Shown: one piece after another, positions 53,451 through 60,268 of the stretch
How positions within the stretch are numbered: position 1 is the stretch's first letter
Layout: each line of letters opens with the position of its first letter
Assembly (NCBI GenBank): GCA_038231435.1
Contig: JBBRLJ010000006.1
Span: 32,001 to 96,000 of the forward strand
Source: Planctomycetota bacterium
GTDB taxonomy: Bacteria > Planctomycetota > UBA11346
Length of the DNA stretch: 64,000 nt
Direction: 5' to 3'
Translations under genes and position numbers: made by a program
Notes under the pieces: generated by a model
What the model saw: only the letters and a program-made list of their open reading frames with translations
What the model was told of the DNA's origin: nothing
The model's database searches: none

Positions 53451-53621
53451 ATTGCGACTCCTAAGGTTTCAGGGCGATCGGTTACGACCGAGCGCGGACG
53501 AGCCCGGGAGCATGCCAACCTCCTGGACCAAGACAAGACGAGCCCGGGACTCTTTACGCGGCGCGTAGCCAAGCCGGAAGTCCGGCCCCGGTCACGTGTT
53601 GGACGTAGCCCGGACGCGGAA

Positions 53622-56600
53622 TCAGTTCTTCTGGTCGGGCTCGACCGCGACCGGTTCTCCGCCCGTGATGGCCGGAGTCTCGCCATCGGTCGGCGCCGTG
53701 GTGTCGACGATGCGGCCCTTGAAGGACAGCAGCAGCGGCGAGGCCACGAACACCGACGAGTAGGTGCCCGAGAGCAGGCCGATCAGCAGGGTCGCGGTGA
53801 ACGCCTTCAGCGCATCTCCGCCGAACAGCAGCAGCACCACCACGGTCACGATCACCGTCGACGAGGTCAGCACCGTTCGCGGCATGGTCTGGGCGATCGA
53901 GATGTCGATGATCTCGGCCAGGCTCTTGCTCATCTTGCGCAGATTCTCGCGGATACGGTCGAAGGTCACGATCGTGTCGTTGATCGAGTAGCCGATGATG
54001 GTCAAGAGCGCCGCGATGACCGTCAGGTCGATGCGGATGCCGAGCATCGAGATCAAGCCGACGGTCAGCAGCACGTCGTGGAACAGCGCCACCACCGCGC
54101 CGATGCCGAAGCGGAACTCGAAGCGTGCCGCCACGTAGGCGAGGATCGCCAGCAGGCTGAGCATGATGGCGAAGAACGCGCGCCACTTCATCTGGCCAGC
54201 GACCTGGCCCGAGAAATGCTCGCTCGACGGGAACGGCTTGGCGATGGTCACGCGGCGCGCGGCGGCGGCGTTGCTGGTGGTGTTGTAGAGATCCTCGGCG
54301 GCGACCACCAGGCCGTTGAGCTCGCTGGGCGAGACCAGCTCGGTGGTCGACTTCGCGAACAGGTCGCGCAGCCGAGCGGCGACACGGTCGGAGGCGATCT
54401 CGGCGGCGTCCGCCCGCGCATCCGGCCTGGCGCGGAAGGTGGCCGTGAGTTCGAGCGCGTGCGGCTCGTCGACGTAGGTCGGTACGACCTTCTCGAGCTT
54501 GTTGCTCGCGGCGAGGCGATCGGTGATCCCGGCGAGCTGGTCGCCCTTCACCGGCTCGAGCACCGCCAGGCGCAGGGTGATGGTGCGGCCGCTGAACGAG
54601 GCGGCGAGGATCTCGTCGCCTTCTTGGCCGACGACGCCGGTGAACGCCTTGGCGATCTGCTCCTTGAAGGCCTCGGAACGGTTCGAGATGTCCTCGGAAA
54701 GCTTGCGGATCTGCAGATCCAGCGGCACGATCTGCTTGGACTGGATCTCCTTGGCCTCGGCCGACTGCAGGCCGTCCTTCTCGCGCGCTTCCTCGGCCTG
54801 GCGCTGCAGGTCGGCGCGCGTCTTCTCGAGCTCGGAGCGCTTGCTCTCGATCTGGCCGCCTTCCTCGTCGCGGCTGCGGAAGACCCACTCGCGGCTCGCG
54901 GCGTGGTTGCCGCCGAGTTCGGCGAAGTACGGCTGCTTGCGCAGCTCGCGGGGGTCGAGGAGGTTGAGGTTCTTCGGGTCGGATTCGTAGGCCTTGGCAA
55001 TGGCCTGCTCGACCTGGCCGAGGGTGTACGGCTCCTTCAGCACCACCTGCGCGGCGTTGCCGCCGGTGAAGTCGATGTCGAAGTTGCGCTCGAAGGTGCC
55101 GCCTACCACGTGATGGCCGAACAGGAACCAGCCCAGGCCGACCAGGCCGGTGACGATCGAGAAGACGTAGCCGACCCAGCGCCATTCGACATACGGCAGC
55201 TGCACCGTCGGCACCCAGCTGGCCATGGACACGGTGACCTTCTTGCGGCACAGCCAATCGGTGAGCAGCCGGCCGATGTACACGCCGCTGAACAGGTTGA
55301 CCACGATACCGATCATCAGCGTCAGGCCGAAGCCCTTCACCGGGCCAGAGCCGATCCAATAGAGGATGAACGCGGTGATGAAGGTCGTGAGATGCGCGTC
55401 GACGATGGTCAGGAAGGCGCGGTCGTAACCGGCGGAGATCGCCGCCTTCAAGCCCTTGTCCTCGCGCAGCTCCTCGCGGATGCGCTCGAAGATCAGGATG
55501 TTGGTGTCGACCGCCATGCCGATGATCAGCACCAGTCCGGCCAATCCGGGCAGCGTGACCGTGGCGCCGAAGATCGACAGCGTCGACCACACGAAGAAGG
55601 TCGTGGCGATCAAGCACAGGTTCGCGACCGTGCCGAGTCGGCGGTAGTAGATCCACATGAAGAACACGATCAGGGCGAAGGATACGCCCATGGTGATCAC
55701 CGAACGCGACACCGTCTGCTCGCCGAGCGTCGCGCCGACCACGCGTTCGGAGAGCACTACCGGCGTTACCGCCAACGAGCCGCCGCGCAGGACCTCGCGC
55801 AGGGCCTCGATCTCCTCGTGGCTGAACTGGCCGCTGATCTGGCAGCTCGACGAGCTCGGGGAGATGACCTTGGGCGCCGAGCGCACTACGCCGTCGAAGA
55901 GAATGGCGATCTCGCCGGTGCCGGTCTTGTTGGTGTCCTCTTCCTTGGCCGACTTGGTGAATTCCTCGTTCTTCACCGCGCCCACCGCGGTGAACTCGAT
56001 GCCGACCGCTGGCTGGCCGTTGTCGGTGGTCTCGTAGGCATTGGCGACGTCCGAGCCGACCAGGTCGGCGCGGCTGAGCAGGTAGAATTTCGTCGGCGGT
56101 TCGCCGGCCGAGACGTGGTCGGGGGCGATGATTTCGCTGCGGTTGCGCTTCTTCAGCTCGTCATGGCCGGGAGCGATGTCCCACTGGCCCTTCTCGTTCT
56201 TGACCACCGCGGGGTTCGGATCGGTGGGCGAGACGGTGATGTAATAGGAACCCCGGCCCGCGCCGCTGCCGTCGACGAAGGGATCGATGACGTGGCGGAA
56301 TTCCAGCCGTCCGGTGGTCTCGAGCACCTTGCGGGTGCGCGCGGCGTCAGCGCGCGTGCCGCCGGGAATGACGACCTGCACGTCGCCATTGGACAGGCGC
56401 GCGACCGAGGGCTCGGTCAGGCCGCGTTCATCGAGGCGGTTGCGCAGGGTATGCACGACCTCGTCGTCGGCGGCGATCTGGCGGCCGTCGTCGCTGTGCA
56501 GGCGGCAGATGAACTCGACGCCGCCGCGCAGGTCGATGCCCTGGGTCAGGTGGAAGAGCTCGCGAGGCGGATTCGGGCGGCGGAACGGTACCGACTGTAG

Positions 56601-56993
56601 GCGCGCGCGGAGGTCGGATTCCTTGACCGATGGGTCGACGGTCACGGTGATCTTGAGGCCCGAATCTGCGGGTTCGCCGACGGTCTTGATCGGCTGGAGC
56701 TCGCGGCGCGGATTACCGCCGAGGCGGCGCTTGACCTCGTCCAGGTCGGACTGGGTGGTCTGCAGGACGTTGCCCGCCACGTCCTTGAAGACGACGTCGT
56801 AGTGCTGCTGCTTCTTCTCGGCTTCTTTCCCCGCTGCGGCATCCGGCTTGGCGGCCTCGGCCTCTGCTTCGGTCGCCTTGACCTCGGCCTGCACCTCCTG
56901 GGTGCCGAGGAAGCTCGAGCACTTGTTCTCGAGGAAGAGCAGGAACAGGCAGATCAGGCCGACGGCGGCGGTGACGGTCAGGCGGCGGAGCAT
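53622..56993 (-). CDS. secDF: Fused protein translocase SecDF
   Basis: GIDLRGG, VGATLG, GMAVDTNILIFERIREE, DFTGG, HDVL, GYSINDTIVTFDRIRE. Confidence 0.97.
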   Translation of the reverse strand: MLRRLTVTAAVGLICLFLLFLENKCSSFLGTQEVQAEVKATEAEAEAAKPDAAAGKEAEKKQQHYDVVFKDVAGNVLQTTQSDLDEVKRRLGGNPRRELQPIKTVGEPADSGLKITVTVDPSVKESDLRARLQSVPFRRPNPPRELFHLTQGIDLRGGVEFICRLHSDDGRQIAADDEVVHTLRNRLDERGLTEPSVARLSNGDVQVVIPGGTRADAARTRKVLETTGRLEFRHVIDPFVDGSGAGRGSYYITVSPTDPNPAVVKNEKGQWDIAPGHDELKKRNRSEIIAPDHVSAGEPPTKFYLLSRADLVGSDVANAYETTDNGQPAVGIEFTAVGAVKNEEFTKSAKEEDTNKTGTGEIAILFDGVVRSAPKVISPSSSSCQISGQFSHEEIEALREVLRGGSLAVTPVVLSERVVGATLGEQTVSRSVITMGVSFALIVFFMWIYYRRLGTVANLCLIATTFFVWSTLSIFGATVTLPGLAGLVLIIGMAVDTNILIFERIREELREDKGLKAAISAGYDRAFLTIVDAHLTTFITAFILYWIGSGPVKGFGLTLMIGIVVNLFSGVYIGRLLTDWLCRKKVTVSMASWVPTVQLPYVEWRWVGYVFSIVTGLVGLGWFLFGHHVVGGTFERNFDIDFTGGNAAQVVLKEPYTLGQVEQAIAKAYESDPKNLNLLDPRELRKQPYFAELGGNHAASREWVFRSRDEEGGQIESKRSELEKTRADLQRQAEEAREKDGLQSAEAKEIQSKQIVPLDLQIRKLSEDISNRSEAFKEQIAKAFTGVVGQEGDEILAASFSGRTITLRLAVLEPVKGDQLAGITDRLAASNKLEKVVPTYVDEPHALELTATFRARPDARADAAEIASDRVAARLRDLFAKSTTELVSPSELNGLVVAAEDLYNTTSNAAAARRVTIAKPFPSSEHFSGQVAGQMKWRAFFAIMLSLLAILAYVAARFEFRFGIGAVVALFHDVLLTVGLISMLGIRIDLTVIAALLTIIGYSINDTIVTFDRIRENLRKMSKSLAEIIDISIAQTMPRTVLTSSTVIVTVVVLLLFGGDALKAFTATLLIGLLSGTYSSVFVASPLLLSFKGRIVDTTAPTDGETPAITGGEPVAVEPDQKN

Positions 56994-57089
56994 CGGTGGT
57001 CCTTCGCGGCGGAGCCGCGGTATTCGCGCAGAAAAAGGGCAGAAAATGGGAGGGTACGGTGCCGGGGCTTCAGGAAGGGCGCGGGGTCG

Positions 57090-57641
57090 TCACTTGGACT
57101 TGCCGATCTCGGCGGCCGCCGGAGCGCCGGCGACGCTGCCGATCGCCGACTTGTTGAAGGTGATGATCGCGGCGTCGTCGCCGGAGCCCACCCTCAGGTC
57201 GATGGTCGACTCCCCGACCGCCGCCACCTCGCCGTGGGCGCCGCCGATGGTCACCACCTTGTCGCCACGCTTGAGGCCCGAACGCAGGTCCTCCTGGCGC
57301 TTGGCTTCCTTCTTCTGGCTGCGCGTGGCCATGAACCACATCAGCGCCAGCGGCACCGCCATGATGAGCAGGAAGTTCATATCGAAGCCGCTGGCCCCCC
57401 CCTTGGGCGGAGCCTGGTGGCCATCCTGGGTGACCGGAGCCGAGGTGGTCGTGGTGGTCGTGGTGGTGGTTCCGCCGGCGGGAGCCGCGCTCGAGGTGGC
57501 CGTGGTTCCGCCGGCGGGCGGCGCGGTGCTTTCCGCTCCGCCATTGGATTCGGCGCACGCGCCGGCCGCGAGCGCGAGCAGCAGGCACGCGGCGAGGGTC
57601 GAGCGGAACGCGGAGCTCAGAGGACGCGGGAGAAAAGGCAT
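57090..57641 (-). CDS. yajC: Preprotein translocase subunit YajC with N-terminal signal and Thr/Ala/Pro extension
   Basis: LKRGDKVVTIGGAHG, ITFNKSAI; upstream of secDF. Confidence 0.92.
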   Translation of the reverse strand: MPFLPRPLSSAFRSTLAACLLLALAAGACAESNGGAESTAPPAGGTTATSSAAPAGGTTTTTTTTTSAPVTQDGHQAPPKGGASGFDMNFLLIMAVPLALMWFMATRSQKKEAKRQEDLRSGLKRGDKVVTIGGAHGEVAAVGESTIDLRVGSGDDAAIITFNKSAIGSVAGAPAAAEIGKSK

Positions 57642-57711
57642 GGTGGAAATCCGTGGGGGTTCCGCCGCGGCGGAGCCACGACGGATGGGGGTTGCGGGGA
57701 AGAGGGTCGCG

Positions 57712-58047
57712 TCAGGGCGCGCGCGGGCCGCGCGACGAGCCGAGCAGCAACGCCGGGCAGTCGTGCGGGGCCGCGGCGGCTGGAGCCGTAGCGGCGGGCC
57801 GGGCAGCGGAGCTGGAATCCGTTCCGAGAACATCGGGGAGGCGCTGCCGGGAATCGTCCGCGCGAGCGATCTCGGCGGCGGCCATCTCCATCAGGGCATC
57901 GGCGCGCCTGATCACGGCCTGGTCGTCGACCCGGCCATCGCCGCCGACGAGGCGGTCGAAGCCGATGCGCGAGCCGCCGAGGGCTGACAACGCCAGCGCG
58001 AGGAGCGCGGCGCAACCCTGCAAGAAACGGCGGGGGAGCAGAGCCAT
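57712..58047 (-). CDS. Small exported protein ending RGPRAP; candidate translation-arrest leader of yajC-secDF
   Basis: MALLPRRFLQGCAALLALALSALGG signal-like N-terminus, 111 aa, stop 70 nt before the yajC ATG. Confidence 0.6.
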   Translation of the reverse strand: MALLPRRFLQGCAALLALALSALGGSRIGFDRLVGGDGRVDDQAVIRRADALMEMAAAEIARADDSRQRLPDVLGTDSSSAARPAATAPAAAAPHDCPALLLGSSRGPRAP

Positions 58048-58154
58048 GGGCCGCGGAGTGTATGGCGGGAGGGAAAGGGGCAAGAACCCGCCAGGAATGC
58101 GGCAAAGGTCCGAAGGAGGGGTCAGGAACGGGCCGCGCCCGACCAACCCCAGCG

Positions 58155-59750
58155 TCACTCCAATTCGCGGGAGCGTCGGTATTCGAGGTAGTTGCCCTTC
58201 CAATCGGTGAGACCGGATTCTTCCATGACGATGACCCGGGAACCGACGATATCGATGAACTCGCGGTCGTGGCTGACGAAGATCAGCGTGCCGGTGTACT
58301 CTTCGAGCGCCTCCTGCAGGGCCTCGATCGACTCGAGGTCGAGGTGGCTGGTGGGCTCGTCCAGGACCAGCACGTTCGCCTCCTGGAGCATGACCATCGA
58401 CAGCAGACAGCGGACCTTTTCGCCGCCAGAGAGCACCCCGACCTGCTTCTTCACGTCGTCGCCCGAGAACAGCATGCGCCCGAGCATCGAGCGCATGTTG
58501 TTGATGTCCTGGTTGTCGGTGTACTGCTTGATCCATTCCAGGATCGAGAGCTCCTTGTTGGCGAACAGGCTCGAACCCTCCTGGGGGAAGTAGGCCTTGG
58601 TCGCGGTCTGCCCCCACACCACCTTGCCCTGGGTCGGCTGGAGGTCGCCGAGCAGCAGGCGCACCAGCGTGGTCTTGCCGATGCCGTTGCGGCCGACGAT
58701 GCCCACGCGGTCGCCGCGGTCGATGCGGGTGGTGAAGTTGGAGATCAGGTTCTTGCCGCCGGGATGGGCGAAGGTCGCCTTCTCCACCGTGATCACGTCC
58801 TGGCCGCTGGGCTTGGCGACCTTGAAGAACAGCCGCGGCGCCACGCGCGACGACGGCATCACCTTCTGTCCGGACAGCGCGTCGATCTGCTTCACGCGGC
58901 TGGTCGCCTGCTTCGAGCGCGCGGCGTTGGATTTGAAGCGCTCGACGAACAGCTTCAGCTTGGCGACCTGGCGCTCGATGCGCCCGACCTCTTTGCTGCG
59001 TTGCGCGCGCGCCAGCTGCTCCTGCGCCATGTACACGTCGTACGGGCCGGCGAAGGCGCGGATGGTCTTGTAGTCGCAGTCGAGGGTGTGCGTGCACACG
59101 CGGTTGAGGAAGTGGCGATCGTGGCTGACCACGACGATGCAGCCTTCGTAGTCGGCGAGGTACTGCTCGAGCCAGACGATGGCCGGGATGTCGAGATTGT
59201 TGGTCGGCTCGTCGAGGAGCAGCAGGTCGGGCTTCGAGAAGATCGCCTGCGCGAGCAGCACCCGCACCTTCAGCGCCTGGTCGATCTCGCCCATCTTCTT
59301 CTGGTGCACGCTCGGCGGCACGCCCAGATCGGTGAGCACCTCGGCGGCGGCGGTCTCCTGCGCGTAGCCGTCTTGCTCCTGGAACTTCTCCTGCAGGGTC
59401 CCGAGGCGCTGGCCGTCGGCGTCAGAGAAATCGGCCTTGGCGGTGAGCGCCTCCATCTCGGCCTGCAGCTTCCAGATCACCGGATGGCCCATGAGCGCAA
59501 CGTCGAGCACGCGCACGTTGTCGTGGCCCGAGATGTCCTGGCGCAGCGAGCCCATGCGCTTGCCGGGATCGAGGACCACCACCCCGGTGGTCTGATCGAC
59601 CTCGCCGGAGATGATCTTGATGAAGGTGGTCTTGCCGGTGCCGTTGGCGCCGATCAGTCCGTAGCAGTTGCCGCCATTGAGCCGCAGCGAGACGTTCTCG
59701 AACAGGATCTTCTGGCCGAAGGCCATGCTCAGGTTGGAGGTCGAGATCAT
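58155..59750 (-). CDS. ABC-F family ribosome-associated ATPase (YbiT/YkpA-like)
   Basis: Two ABC domains (GANGTGKT/LDEPTNNLD; GRNGIGKT/LSGGEK/LDEPTSHLD), SHDR, no TM. Confidence 0.93.
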   Translation of the reverse strand: MISTSNLSMAFGQKILFENVSLRLNGGNCYGLIGANGTGKTTFIKIISGEVDQTTGVVVLDPGKRMGSLRQDISGHDNVRVLDVALMGHPVIWKLQAEMEALTAKADFSDADGQRLGTLQEKFQEQDGYAQETAAAEVLTDLGVPPSVHQKKMGEIDQALKVRVLLAQAIFSKPDLLLLDEPTNNLDIPAIVWLEQYLADYEGCIVVVSHDRHFLNRVCTHTLDCDYKTIRAFAGPYDVYMAQEQLARAQRSKEVGRIERQVAKLKLFVERFKSNAARSKQATSRVKQIDALSGQKVMPSSRVAPRLFFKVAKPSGQDVITVEKATFAHPGGKNLISNFTTRIDRGDRVGIVGRNGIGKTTLVRLLLGDLQPTQGKVVWGQTATKAYFPQEGSSLFANKELSILEWIKQYTDNQDINNMRSMLGRMLFSGDDVKKQVGVLSGGEKVRCLLSMVMLQEANVLVLDEPTSHLDLESIEALQEALEEYTGTLIFVSHDREFIDIVGSRVIVMEESGLTDWKGNYLEYRRSRELE

Positions 59751-59986
59751 GCGGACTCCGGCGGGGCGCGAATGCTAGGACGGAGAGGACAGCGGAGAAG
59801 AGGCAAGCCAGGCAGAGGGGGAAGAAGTAGACGAGGGAAGACAGAAGAGAGCAGGGACAGCAGGGGAGGGAGACATCGGCCTCGATGCACGAGCGTCGCC
59901 CGTCGGCGTTCGCTCCCACGCTCCCACGCTCCCACCTTCTTTCCTTCTCCCTTCCCGTTCTCCTTCCCCCGCCTACAACCCCCGCC

Positions 59987-60253
59987 ATGCCCACGCACGT
60001 CCAGATCCGCATCATCTCGCTGCTCGAAGAAGCGGCGAACAGCTTCGAGCAGCTCGAGACGCTGGCGAACCGCACGCTGACGCAGATCCCGGCCGAGCAC
60101 GTGGACCAGGTCGAGCTGCGCTCGATCGAGCGCGACTACGTCAACGACGAGAACGAGCCCGGCAGCGAGATGGACCACGTGGTCTTCATCCGCTACCGCA
60201 CCGACAAGATCGACGAGGCGCCTGACGCGCCTGAAACCACCGCCGAAGCCTGA
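59987..60253 (+). CDS. Small acidic hypothetical protein (88 aa)
   Basis: Strong GC3 codon bias, fills the gap between the ABC-F gene and lon. Confidence 0.75.
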   Translation: MPTHVQIRIISLLEEAANSFEQLETLANRTLTQIPAEHVDQVELRSIERDYVNDENEPGSEMDHVVFIRYRTDKIDEAPDAPETTAEA

Positions 60254-60268
60254 GCCGCGGAGCCGGCC

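Noticed and set aside
53019..56600. 1193-aa plus-strand ORF
   Set aside because: Antisense shadow of secDF/infC; typical of high-GC codon bias, with no recognisable motifs.
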